In this document: one piece after another, positions 18,147 to 28,035 of the stretch
Layout: each line of letters begins with the position of its first letter
How positions within the stretch are numbered: position 1 is the stretch's first letter
IMG/VR virus record: IMGVR_UViG_3300042455_001086
Location: 124,001-188,000 of that record
Length of the DNA stretch: 64,000 nucleotides
Reading direction: 5' to 3' (one strand)
Notes under the pieces: model-generated
Told to the model about the DNA's origin: nothing
The model's input: the letters and a program-made list of their open reading frames with translations, nothing else
Databases searched by the model: none
Translations under genes and position numbers: made by a program

Positions 18147-18923
18147 TCATTCATCTTGTTCTGTTTTAACACTTTTATAATATTCAACTATTTTTTTCTG
18201 TTCGATATAAGAAATTAGTTTTCTCTTGAACAATGGTAATAAAGTTTCTTCTAAAGGAAAATCACCATTACTTACCATTTCAACTACTGATAATTTCTTT
18301 TTATCTTCCAATAAACTAAATGTAGATATTATTCTTGAGGGAGTCAAATTATTTCTTTCTCCATCATAAATTATTTTTGTGATTAACTTATTTTCCGGTG
18401 ATCCTTTAGCGACTGGTTTTTTTTCATATTCCCAAACAATAATTCTTTTGTTTTTCTTATCATTAAAATACATAAAACCAGAATCATTTATAATATTTTC
18501 TTTGTTTTTTTTAACAACCAAATAAATCTTATCAAAAACAAGTTCCCAAACAGATTTGGCAATATTAAAGTATTCAATCATTCTTGGTGTTGTATATGAT
18601 AAAATTTGGATAAATTCTTCATACTCGTCCTTTGTCATTTCTGGAACATCTTTAATCTTTAAATCTTTCACCAATAGTTCATCGTCAATTGAAGAAAATC
18701 TTTTGTTTGTGTATAGAATTTTTTTGTCTTTTACAAGTGTTTGAACATTTGCCAAATGTAATGCAAGTTCAATAAATCCTGGGTATAATTCCAAATTATC
18801 TAGTTTTTCACCCATTTTTTGGAAATAAGAAAGTAATTTATATTCTTTGTGTTCCTTGTCAATTGGTTTTTCAAACATCCATTCGGTGTTCATTAAAAAT
18901 TCTATCTTCTTTTTCTTTGCCAT
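18147..18923 (-). CDS. hypothetical protein
   Basis: 258-aa ORF. Confidence 0.8.
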   Translation of the reverse strand: MAKKKKIEFLMNTEWMFEKPIDKEHKEYKLLSYFQKMGEKLDNLELYPGFIELALHLANVQTLVKDKKILYTNKRFSSIDDELLVKDLKIKDVPEMTKDEYEEFIQILSYTTPRMIEYFNIAKSVWELVFDKIYLVVKKNKENIINDSGFMYFNDKKNKRIIVWEYEKKPVAKGSPENKLITKIIYDGERNNLTPSRIISTFSLLEDKKKLSVVEMVSNGDFPLEETLLPLFKRKLISYIEQKKIVEYYKSVKTEQDE

Positions 18924-18961
18924 TTGGAATAATAATAATCATATAATATTTTCAGTAAATA

Positions 18962-20473
18962 TTAGTCGGTTCTCATTACAACAAATTCTTTATCACCGAC
19001 ATCAATCATACTATATTGTCCGTCGTATGAACTCAAAGTTTCACCATAATCACTATCTCTAATCAAATCGTCTTTTAGTCGATCCTTGTCAATATAATTG
19101 TAAAGTTCATCACCACCAAAACCCATTTCATCTAACCAATCAGCAGGTCTTCTCCTTATTTGGTCCAAATAATCTTCAACAGCTTCTTCAATATCATCAT
19201 CACTTGGGTCACCATCTGGATTATCTTTTATTTCTTCAATCTCATATTCAATATCTGATATTCTACTATCTCTATCGTCTTGATGGTCTTGTGTGTCCTC
19301 GTCGTCATATATTTGATTGGGATCTACTCTTACACCATCTTTATCTAAAAACCAATTACCACCTTCTTCATAATATTGAAACCTATTACCTTCTTCATCT
19401 TCAAAATCAAAAACTCCACCATCTTCTTTTGTTGCATGTTGAATTGGAAATCTTACACCAGTATTTTCAAGAATATATTTTTCCATTTCAAGTAGCCAAA
19501 TTTCTTCTTCTTGGTCACTACTTAATTGTTTTTCAACATTATAAGACTCTGGTTCTTCATATATCCAATCTCTTACTGTGTCTTCCCAACCTTCGGCTAA
19601 AGCGTCTCCATCTATATAATAAGATAGTCGGTCTTTACTGATATAATGTTCTGGATTCTCGACCCATTCTTCGTAGTAATCCTCCATAGCGACATCAGCT
19701 TCAGATTCTGTTCCAACGGTATATTCATAACCGGTTGATAAACATTCAAAACTATCCATTCTATAGTTAGTTCCACTCGGATAGAAATCATAAACATCGG
19801 ATTTTCCTGAAATTAACTCATCTCTTTCTTCTTCAAGTTCTAATTGTTTATTTGTAATCTCATCAAATTTTTCACTATACTCTTCATCATCTAGGTTCAA
19901 ATTTTGTTGTTCTTCTTCAAGTCTTTGAATTTCTTCTTCAATTTCTTTGACACTATCTCTATCATCGTCCGTTAAACCACTAACATCACCTCTTTCCATC
20001 GCATATAAAAAGACGGCATTTGCTCTTAATCCTTCATCATCTGTATTGGCCAGATTCCACACATCATTTCTTCTCCGTTCTTCCTGTTCTCTATATTTTT
20101 CTTGTTGTATTCTTCTTTGGACTAAACCATAATAAGGTGTGTCCCAATACCTTTTACTTCCGGTAACTTCGGTGTTGTCAAGATTTTTTATTTTAGTGTA
20201 ATTAACACTTAAATCACCCTCAATTCTAATTGATCCAAGATCTATTAAATTATTACTATCAATACCGTCTAATTTTAAACTACCAGTTACAACAATTTTT
20301 TTATTTTTAAATTTTGACATTTTTGGAATTAAATGTGCATTATATCCCACATGTCTTAAAAGCATTGTATATTCTTCTGGTGTAAATCTCACTTCCTCCA
20401 CTTCTTGTTCTTTAATAATATCCTTAACTAATTTAATCAAATTTGATTCTGTAAGTCTTAAAATTCTTTTCAT
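18962..20473 (-). CDS. acidic putative head-packaged protein with short LRR-like stretch
   Basis: MKRILRLTESNLIKLVKDIIKEQ N-terminus; GSL/GDL..TKIKNL repeats; TATTTAT upstream. Confidence 0.7.
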   Translation of the reverse strand: MKRILRLTESNLIKLVKDIIKEQEVEEVRFTPEEYTMLLRHVGYNAHLIPKMSKFKNKKIVVTGSLKLDGIDSNNLIDLGSIRIEGDLSVNYTKIKNLDNTEVTGSKRYWDTPYYGLVQRRIQQEKYREQEERRRNDVWNLANTDDEGLRANAVFLYAMERGDVSGLTDDDRDSVKEIEEEIQRLEEEQQNLNLDDEEYSEKFDEITNKQLELEEERDELISGKSDVYDFYPSGTNYRMDSFECLSTGYEYTVGTESEADVAMEDYYEEWVENPEHYISKDRLSYYIDGDALAEGWEDTVRDWIYEEPESYNVEKQLSSDQEEEIWLLEMEKYILENTGVRFPIQHATKEDGGVFDFEDEEGNRFQYYEEGGNWFLDKDGVRVDPNQIYDDEDTQDHQDDRDSRISDIEYEIEEIKDNPDGDPSDDDIEEAVEDYLDQIRRRPADWLDEMGFGGDELYNYIDKDRLKDDLIRDSDYGETLSSYDGQYSMIDVGDKEFVVMRTD

Positions 20474-20555
20474 ACAATAATAAATACTTAAAACTTTACA
20501 AATATGAATATATCATAATATTTATAGATAAATAAACTTGTAAAAACAAATCATT

Positions 20556-20702
20556 ATGTCATGCGGATGCAAAAACAAAGGAAATCAACAAGCGGCTGCC
20601 AGTCAACCAGCGCAAAAAACTGTATCTGAACAAGCTAAAACTACTGATTCTGTAAAAGATTCAGTAAAAAAAATCGTTGAGAAATATTACAACAAAAAAT
20701 AA
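20556..20702 (+). CDS. 48-aa MSCGCK peptide (not in ORF track)
   Basis: MSCGCKNKGNQQAAASQPAQ...KYYNKK; TATTTAT upstream and terminator at ~20728-20756. Confidence 0.7.
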   Translation: MSCGCKNKGNQQAAASQPAQKTVSEQAKTTDSVKDSVKKIVEKYYNKK

Positions 20703-20768
20703 TTTCCTTTGGCCAAAGAAAAATTAAAGGTGGAAGTAATTTTCCGCTTTTTTTTATATTTATAAAAT

Positions 20769-21890
20769 ATGGGAAGATTGGATCAATTTTTAGAATGGTT
20801 TCACGATGGTAGAGAAAGTGAGTATGATGAAATACTCAAAATTTTTGTAACAACAAGAAACTTCTTAAATTCCGTCATAAAATTTGGTGAAGAAGACAAC
20901 ATAGATATTTCTTATATTCCAGCAAATGAATTTAAAAAAGACCCAGAACTTTTTGATTTTTTAAGTGAAAATGGTTTTTTGGAAGATGTTAAGTATAACG
21001 ATTTAAATGATCATTTAAGGAATTGCTATCTTCTTTGGATGATGAACAGAGACAAGGTTTCAACATTAAAATTCATATGTGATAACTTACTAACTGATGT
21101 TGAACCAAGGAGTGATGGATATTGGTTAAGATTAAGGGATAGAGAAGAACTTGCAGATTTTTTTAGAAGTAGTAGTAGAAGAAGTGATTATGACTTACAA
21201 GAAATTGCAAAACAAGTATTAAGTGATGGTTTAGATTATGGAAGATATTGGGATACAACAAATGATGTATATGAAGATGTTATTAAAGTATTAAACAAAA
21301 AAAATATTCAATATCTTGCAAATTACATTTTAAAACATATCGGAAACAAAGATTTAAATGTTAGTGATTATAATTCTGATTTCTTTGAAGAATTGGCTCA
21401 GATTCAGGCTCGTGATGGTATGTTCCAAATTACACAAGATGATGTTATTCCTTTAATAAATGATGCAGAAGCAATGGAAGAACTAATGGATGGTGATTTA
21501 TCTGATTTAGAAAGTGAATTACATTCAATACACGAAAACGCTTATAATAGCGCATATGAAAGTATGTTTTATAAACAAGTTATGGATGGTCTTGAAGAAT
21601 ATTTTTCACCACCAATTGATGAAATTGCAACAAAAGTTGGTGAAAAAACAAAATATATTTCATATATTAAAATTCGTGATTTTTATTCTAATGTCTTAGC
21701 TTTTATTGAAAATAACTTGGGTGATTCCTGGAATGAAAGTGTTTTAGAATATTTTGGTTCTTATACTGGAATGATGAACCAATTATTCAGTGAAGATATT
21801 TATGAACCAATTGATTTTAGAGTTGATGATTATCCAGACCATAGAGAGGTTGATTTAGCAATTAACGATTATTTTGGTGATTATATCTAA
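20769..21890 (+). CDS. acidic hypothetical protein
   Basis: 373-aa ORF with TATTTAT upstream. Confidence 0.8.
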   Translation: MGRLDQFLEWFHDGRESEYDEILKIFVTTRNFLNSVIKFGEEDNIDISYIPANEFKKDPELFDFLSENGFLEDVKYNDLNDHLRNCYLLWMMNRDKVSTLKFICDNLLTDVEPRSDGYWLRLRDREELADFFRSSSRRSDYDLQEIAKQVLSDGLDYGRYWDTTNDVYEDVIKVLNKKNIQYLANYILKHIGNKDLNVSDYNSDFFEELAQIQARDGMFQITQDDVIPLINDAEAMEELMDGDLSDLESELHSIHENAYNSAYESMFYKQVMDGLEEYFSPPIDEIATKVGEKTKYISYIKIRDFYSNVLAFIENNLGDSWNESVLEYFGSYTGMMNQLFSEDIYEPIDFRVDDYPDHREVDLAINDYFGDYI

Positions 21891-21943
21891 AACTATTTAG
21901 ATATTTAATTAAAAATCATATTCATTATAAAAAATGATGGAAT

Positions 21944-22639
21944 ATGAGAAAAATTAACAAAAATTCAAGGAGAGGTATTGTAAATCTATTTGCCGATTTT
22001 ATTCTTACAAGAATAGACAAAAAAGAAAATTCAATCATCCAGGTTACAGATTGTGAATCATTTATGGTTATCCACGGTCACACAACATCAAATGATATTT
22101 TAGATCTAGAAAAAATAAAAACAGATTTTTTTGAGTGGTTCAAGGATATATTAGATGAAGTTGGTATTACCCAAATAAATACAATTGATATTATTCGTTA
22201 TGGACAAGAAATCAATAATATTGAGAAAGGTTGGATTGATGTAAATAAAAGTGTGTTCGTTGATGAACCAGAACCAATTATGGAACTTTCAATATCATCA
22301 GAGTTTCCATACGGATATAGTCATAATTGTGGTCGTCTTATGGTGTATTATTCACACTACATTTTTAATCATTTATACAATACGATGGGTGTTAATCGTT
22401 TAGATTTTTATTTTACCAAAGAAATGAATGAAGATGAAGATTTTAAAATAAAAATTGTTGCGGATTCAAAATATAATATAGTTGGTATTAAGTCTTTGGT
22501 TCTTGATGTATTTTCTTTTAATTTAGAAGAGTTTGGTGAGAGAATTAAGGATTATGACCTTTTACAAGATATACTATTTCCAGATGAAGAAAAACCATAT
22601 GTAAAACAAGATATGTTAGAACATATAATATTCTTTTAA
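21944..22639 (+). CDS. degenerate SAM synthetase (MetK)-like protein
   Basis: pattern similarity to MetK N-terminal, GYA and C-terminal segments; GHPDK and GAGDQG absent. Confidence 0.45.
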   Translation: MRKINKNSRRGIVNLFADFILTRIDKKENSIIQVTDCESFMVIHGHTTSNDILDLEKIKTDFFEWFKDILDEVGITQINTIDIIRYGQEINNIEKGWIDVNKSVFVDEPEPIMELSISSEFPYGYSHNCGRLMVYYSHYIFNHLYNTMGVNRLDFYFTKEMNEDEDFKIKIVADSKYNIVGIKSLVLDVFSFNLEEFGERIKDYDLLQDILFPDEEKPYVKQDMLEHIIFF

Positions 22640-22643
22640 AAAG

Positions 22644-22674
22644 AAACCCCACCTTATTAGGATGGGGTTTTTTT
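22644..22674. terminator. bidirectional terminator
   Basis: AAACCCCA..TGGGGTTT between convergent genes. Confidence 0.75.
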
Positions 22675-22960
22675 AATCATTTAAGAATTTTTTAATTATT
22701 TTAAAACCTTCATTTATATCATCAAAATCTCTATCCGGAGCAAAAAGTTCTGTTATTGGTTCGTTTGATTCTGGAGATTCAATTAACATAAAGGCAGGAA
22801 CAAAATCATTACCGGTTAATTCGACAAATAAGTCATATTCTTCTTCGTGTTCGTGAATATCTCTATCAACAAAGAAAATATCCTCTTTTTCCAACATTTC
22901 TTTAAGTTCAACACAGAAAGGACATCCTTTCATTGTGAATATCACAGTTACCTTATCCAT
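22673..22960 (-). CDS. glutaredoxin
   Basis: CPFC, FVP. Confidence 0.85.
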   Translation of the reverse strand: MDKVTVIFTMKGCPFCVELKEMLEKEDIFFVDRDIHEHEEEYDLFVELTGNDFVPAFMLIESPESNEPITELFAPDRDFDDINEGFKIIKKFLND

Positions 22961-23267
22961 TAATTAACTCTATTAGTAAATCATTTATTTGTCCTTCTGA
23001 CAAAACACCAACTTTTGTATCAATAACTTCACCACCATTAAAAACTTTTATCGTTGGTACACTTCTAACGCCAAGGGTCATTGCAACCTCTCTATTTAGA
23101 TCAACATCCATCGTGTACATCTGAACTTCTGATGTGTTTTGACTAGCTATTTTTTCAAAAATCGGATTTAAAACCAAACACGGTTGGCACCAAGATGCAC
23201 CTAATTTTAGAATAATTTTTTCACCATTTTTAATTTTTTCTTGTAATTCTACACTACTAATTTCCAT
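22953..23267 (-). CDS. trxA: thioredoxin
   Basis: ASWCQPC, VRSVPT. Confidence 0.9.
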   Translation of the reverse strand: MEISSVELQEKIKNGEKIILKLGASWCQPCLVLNPIFEKIASQNTSEVQMYTMDVDLNREVAMTLGVRSVPTIKVFNGGEVIDTKVGVLSEGQINDLLIELING

Positions 23268-23601
23268 TTTGTTTTAATTTAGTTAATTGTTTAATGAAAA
23301 GAGTAACCTCATTAAGCTTACTAATTTCATAAATTATCTTCAATCGATATTCACCATCATATCTACATAGATAAAGATAAATATCAGACCTATTTTTAAA
23401 AATACTCTCAAAGTGAAACATTTTTTTCTCTACCTGGAGCCAAATACTTTCTAAATATTCTGTTGTAAAATTATCTCTACTAATTAAATCATCTGGGACT
23501 AAATTTGGTGTTTCAATTAAAACTGAACTATACAAGTTTCCAGTTTTTTTTGTTAATTCTTCAATAAAAATATCTTCCTTTTTAAAGTATTTTTTTTCCA
23601 T
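23257..23601 (-). CDS. hypothetical protein
   Basis: 114-aa ORF. Confidence 0.7.
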   Translation of the reverse strand: MEKKYFKKEDIFIEELTKKTGNLYSSVLIETPNLVPDDLISRDNFTTEYLESIWLQVEKKMFHFESIFKNRSDIYLYLCRYDGEYRLKIIYEISKLNEVTLFIKQLTKLKQNGN

Positions 23602-23608
23602 ACATATT

Positions 23609-23722
23609 TTAGTAGGATTTATTTTTGTGTTTTTGTTTACGAGTGTATTCTTTTTTACTCTTTTGAACGATTGGCCTTGTTGCAGCCCAGATTTCTTGTA
23701 TTGTTATTTCTACAGTTTTCAT
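23609..23722 (-). CDS. 37-aa basic ArfA-like peptide (not in ORF track)
   Basis: MKTVEITIQEIWAATRPIVQKSKKEYTRKQKHKNKSY; own promoter at 23761-23791. Confidence 0.6.
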   Translation of the reverse strand: MKTVEITIQEIWAATRPIVQKSKKEYTRKQKHKNKSY

Positions 23723-23804
23723 TTTTATATTTTTTAAAGTTATTATCAATTATTGCCTAGCAAAGATACAAACATTTTTTTAATCTCCAAATATTTTTTT
23801 GAAA

Positions 23805-24095
23805 CTAATTTAAAATAATGTCACCAAACTTTGTCTTATGTATAAGTTTATCTAAATCTACTTTTTTGTCCGATACAATTTCTGGTATTTTTAGTTCAAG
23901 AACAATATCGATAATTTGTTCTCTTGACAAAATAAAATCTTTTCCTTCTTTAAAATTTAATTCGCTCCTTTGTCTCAATTTTTGATAAAACTCATCCTTT
24001 TGTAGGGACCCAATAAGATCAATTAAATCATTTGGGTTGTTTTCAAAAAAAGAAATTAAATTTGAAATGTAAATTTCTACATCAATATTTTTCAT
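23805..24095 (-). CDS. hypothetical protein
   Basis: 96-aa ORF. Confidence 0.7.
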   Translation of the reverse strand: MKNIDVEIYISNLISFFENNPNDLIDLIGSLQKDEFYQKLRQRSELNFKEGKDFILSREQIIDIVLELKIPEIVSDKKVDLDKLIHKTKFGDIILN

Positions 24096-24098
24096 AAA

Positions 24099-26054
24099 TT
24101 AAAAATCAGTTGGTCCTTCACTAACACATTGATCGGTAATATAATCTGGGAAGTTTGGTGACCACAACTCATCACCAACAATTAAATATTGTGCCAATTC
24201 TTCTGGCACATTCTTAATGTCCAAACCAGAATTTCTTTTTGATATAAAGGTCAAACAAGGACAATTAAGTAGTGTCACAGGTAGTGTTTTTAATTCACGA
24301 CAATTTGTTATATTCAAGAAAGATAATTCTTTACATTCACCAATTTCTTCAGGAATTGATTTAACAATATTAGTAACAGAAAGTGTATATAAATTTTTAA
24401 GCCTACCGATCGTTTCAGGGAGTTCAATATAAATCTCATCGTTTGATTTGTTTTCTATTGTAAGCATTGTTGTATTTTCCGGTATTAACTCAAAAACTTC
24501 TCTAAATCCAAACATTCTGGCATATTTCGCATTTGGGTCACTTGGATAAATGATTTGAATAAACCCTGTGTTAAAATTTTCAATTTCTTTTTTGTATTTT
24601 GCTTTCAAACTTTTTAAATATGGTCTCATTTCTCTACTCATAATAACTTCCATATTATTTTCACTTAAATCTTTCAAGGATTTTGTAAGCAATTTTTCTT
24701 TTTTCTTTGATACATAATATGACATAGCACTTGGTGTAAGGACTCTAACCATTCCAGCGCTTAATTCATTTCCAAGTCCAATGTATTTCTTTTGCATTTC
24801 TTCTGGAAGATTCTTAAATATTTCATCCCCATTTTGTGTTGATTTTAAATCTGGGCTTCTTAATTCTAACCACATTTCAACTTCTTGGTAACCACCAAGT
24901 TCAGTTATAGGATCTGTAGTTTTTAAATTATAAGACTTATATTTTTGCATTTTATCTTGATCCTCATCAGTAAATGGTTTTCCTTCCAAATATTTTTCTT
25001 TATCTTTAAGAACTGGAATTTTACTTAAAATCTCACTCCAAGGAATAACAGTAGATCCGGCATATCTTCCAGAATTAGAACCATCGGCTAACCTCTTTTC
25101 GCCCCACTTATCAACAAGAATAACTGAAGCGTAATTTAAATCTGATTCTGGTAAATTTTTGTTGATGATATAATAAAGTGTAAGATTTTGATTTAATCTA
25201 TAATTGTAATAGTAATTTGAAGCACCCTCCCAAGATGTACACCATCTTCTATCTGGTGCAAATTTCTTTCTAATGTTAATACATTTATGTTTTTGATCTG
25301 GCGCAAAGATTAATACATTATCATCCTCATATGCAATATCAACATCGCTTGTGTCAACTTCAGGAACATCATACTCACTTTCTTCCATTGGTGTATAACC
25401 ATCAACAGCATGTTCAAATTCATCAAATGTCATAAACGCACTTAACTTCATATTGATTGGAAATAAGTTGTAGTGTTTTACAAATCTTTTTGCTCTCGGT
25501 AAAATTACTGTCATAACATCCTCTTCCGGTAATTGATCGTGGAATTTTTGTGCGATTGCAACAATAAGTTCATTGACACCTTGGTTATTAAATTTTGAAA
25601 AGTATCTTTCAACCAAAGAATTTAATTCTGCCGGAGTATAAGTTGTAACTTCTTTCTTAAATTCTTTTAATTGTGGTAATTGTGTTTTAATTTCAAAAAA
25701 CTTCTTGATATTTGTTTTTACTAATTGTAAATCGGTTCCTTTATATTTTTGGATATAGTCTTGAACCATATCTTCAAGATTCTTTTTACTTTTTTGTTTT
25801 GTTGCCTTATCTTCAATAAGTTTTTTAAGTTTTTCGTATGTATGTTTAAAAATGTCTTTGTCTTCATTTGCAAACGCACTTTTAAATCTTTCAAAGTCGG
25901 CAATATTTTTTCTTATCATTTCTTCAGAATCTTGAGTTTCTTTAGAAAATTTATCTACTAACTTTTTAATTGTGGATTCTGGGTATTCCAATAGAATTTT
26001 TTTAGTGTTAGCATTCTCCTTAACTACATTTGATAATAGGTTGATTAATTCCAT
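24099..26054 (-). CDS. 'WC'-motif domain plus C-terminal leucine-rich repeats, putative virion protein
   Basis: DRRWCTS..NYYYNY..LYYII; LRRs LPETIGRLKNLYTL / IPEEIGECKELSFL / LPVTLLNCPCL. Confidence 0.75.
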   Translation of the reverse strand: MELINLLSNVVKENANTKKILLEYPESTIKKLVDKFSKETQDSEEMIRKNIADFERFKSAFANEDKDIFKHTYEKLKKLIEDKATKQKSKKNLEDMVQDYIQKYKGTDLQLVKTNIKKFFEIKTQLPQLKEFKKEVTTYTPAELNSLVERYFSKFNNQGVNELIVAIAQKFHDQLPEEDVMTVILPRAKRFVKHYNLFPINMKLSAFMTFDEFEHAVDGYTPMEESEYDVPEVDTSDVDIAYEDDNVLIFAPDQKHKCINIRKKFAPDRRWCTSWEGASNYYYNYRLNQNLTLYYIINKNLPESDLNYASVILVDKWGEKRLADGSNSGRYAGSTVIPWSEILSKIPVLKDKEKYLEGKPFTDEDQDKMQKYKSYNLKTTDPITELGGYQEVEMWLELRSPDLKSTQNGDEIFKNLPEEMQKKYIGLGNELSAGMVRVLTPSAMSYYVSKKKEKLLTKSLKDLSENNMEVIMSREMRPYLKSLKAKYKKEIENFNTGFIQIIYPSDPNAKYARMFGFREVFELIPENTTMLTIENKSNDEIYIELPETIGRLKNLYTLSVTNIVKSIPEEIGECKELSFLNITNCRELKTLPVTLLNCPCLTFISKRNSGLDIKNVPEELAQYLIVGDELWSPNFPDYITDQCVSEGPTDF

Positions 26055-26147
26055 AATTTGTTTTTACTATAAATATTATAACCAAGTAAAAAAATAACTA
26101 TTTATTATTTATATGTCAATTTAAAAAAAATTAATTACTTATTTGTT

Positions 26148-26176
26148 GAACTACTCACGAACTAAAGATTTATGAC
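26148..26176. mobile_element. possible decayed IS200/IS605-type end hairpin
   Basis: GAACTACTCACGAACTAAAGATTTATGAC resembles terminal hairpins with a CTAAAG loop; second arm degenerate. Confidence 0.3.
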
Positions 26177-26257
26177 ATTTTAATTAGAGAAGAATTAAGT
26201 TTTAATTACTTTACTAAAATCGTAAGAGGTGATATAATTATTTATTATAATTAAAAT

Positions 26258-26419
26258 ATGGAAAATAAAGAAGCAACAAAAGTAGGGTGTCAATCTTGTA
26301 AAACTGACAAGGGTGTTAAAAGAACACAAAATTTTTTAATTGGTTTTGGTATTGTAATGTTTGTTTTATCAATATATGGTGGAATAGCGTTAGTAAAAGA
26401 TATTATGTCTTTTTTCTAA
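26258..26419 (+). CDS. 53-aa CxxC membrane peptide (not in ORF track)
   Basis: GCQSCK followed by a TM helix; TATTTAT upstream. Confidence 0.65.
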   Translation: MENKEATKVGCQSCKTDKGVKRTQNFLIGFGIVMFVLSIYGGIALVKDIMSFF

Positions 26420-27357
26420 TTTCTTTCGTATCTCAAAAATTGATTTATCATTAAGTCACCCCCATTTTCAATTCTAAATCCCTTTCCTTTAACTCTTAAA
26501 GGTTTTGATGTGTCAATGTTCTTTGGAAACTTGATTGTCATTGATCCGTCCGGATGTGGGATTTCAAAACTATCCTTTTCCAGATCTTTAAGTGTAAAAT
26601 AACAATTATAAACTAAATGGTTTCCGAATTTTTCAAAGTTATTTTCTTTATCCACTTGTATTCTCAAAATTAAATCACCAAAAATTCCGTTTCTAAAATC
26701 ACCTTGTCCTTGTAATCTTAAAAACTGACCGTCATCAGCCCCATGTGGTAATTTAATATCAACATTTTTAATTTCATCTTTTGTTCCTTGACCACCACAG
26801 GAATGGCAAGCGTTTATCATTATTTTTCCAGAACCCATACAGGTTGGACATTGCATTTGAACCATTTGTATAAACATATTTGATCCGACTTGTCTTACGA
26901 CCTGGCCTTGTCCGTGGCAGGTTGAACAAGTTTGACTATCACCCCCACTACCATTACAAGGTTCACACATTGTTTTTCTTTGATATGTGATTGTTTTAGT
27001 TTTACCCAAAAAAGATTCTACAGCACCAATAGATATTGTAAGATTTGTTGTGTGAGTTCTTGGTTGTTGTCTTTGTTGTCTTCCAGCACCAAAAACACTA
27101 TTAAATAAATCACTCATTGACGAACCGAAACCACCACCCATACCGGCAAATGGATTCTTTCTTTCCATATCATATTGTTGTCTTTTTTGTTCATCACCAA
27201 TAGTATCATAGGCCACAGAAATCTTTTTAAAAATATCCTCATTTCCACCTTTATCTGGATGATTTTCTTTTGCAAGTGTTCTATATGCTTTTTTTATGTC
27301 GTCTTGTGTCGCGGTTTCAGCAACACCTAAAATGTCGTAATATGTTTCACCATTCAT
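26416..27357 (-). CDS. dnaJ: DnaJ chaperone
   Basis: J domain with HPD, G/F region, four CxxCxGxG motifs, C-terminal domain. Confidence 0.95.
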   Translation of the reverse strand: MNGETYYDILGVAETATQDDIKKAYRTLAKENHPDKGGNEDIFKKISVAYDTIGDEQKRQQYDMERKNPFAGMGGGFGSSMSDLFNSVFGAGRQQRQQPRTHTTNLTISIGAVESFLGKTKTITYQRKTMCEPCNGSGGDSQTCSTCHGQGQVVRQVGSNMFIQMVQMQCPTCMGSGKIMINACHSCGGQGTKDEIKNVDIKLPHGADDGQFLRLQGQGDFRNGIFGDLILRIQVDKENNFEKFGNHLVYNCYFTLKDLEKDSFEIPHPDGSMTIKFPKNIDTSKPLRVKGKGFRIENGGDLMINQFLRYERN

Positions 27358-27402
27358 TTATCTAATGTTTTTAATATACTTTTTAATTATAGGAATATTT
27401 TT

Positions 27403-28035
27403 ATGAAATATCTAATAGTTTTATTCAAAAATAAAGAAAGAAAAAAGATTTTAAAGAAATTTAAAACATTTCAACGAGCCAATTCATATTTTACCGGTCT
27501 AACGAACAACGATGTTATTTTTGATAAGAGAGTCGAAAACGGTAAAAGTGTTTTTTTTGAGGTTGGGTTGCTTGAAAAGGATTCTAACGATTTTACAATT
27601 TTTTATAAAAAAGATAGTCTGGGAAGACAATTAAAAATAGAACTTGATGATCCAGATTATAAATTATCAAAAGTTTCCGACTATAAGGTTGAGGAATTTC
27701 TTTTTGATCTTCAATCAAATAAAAAAATAAGTTTTAAAAAATTCTACAATCAATACCTCAAAGGTGGTGGATTAAAATTCATATCAAGTCTAAATAATAA
27801 AATTGTTGTTCAGGAAGACGATAATTATAACTTATTTTCATTAAAGTGTGAGCCAGAATCTAACAGATTTTTAAATATACTTTCTGATGTTTTATATAAA
27901 AATAGGAGGAGTGATTGTATTGTGGTTCCAGAAACAACTAAGGATCAAAAAAGATATTTATACTCAACATTGGAGCAGAAGGGTTTTTCAAAATCAACCC
28001 TCTATAGAAACTCTACGACTTACTTTTACGATTAA
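27403..28035 (+). CDS. hypothetical protein
   Basis: 210-aa ORF. Confidence 0.75.
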   Translation: MKYLIVLFKNKERKKILKKFKTFQRANSYFTGLTNNDVIFDKRVENGKSVFFEVGLLEKDSNDFTIFYKKDSLGRQLKIELDDPDYKLSKVSDYKVEEFLFDLQSNKKISFKKFYNQYLKGGGLKFISSLNNKIVVQEDDNYNLFSLKCEPESNRFLNILSDVLYKNRRSDCIVVPETTKDQKRYLYSTLEQKGFSKSTLYRNSTTYFYD

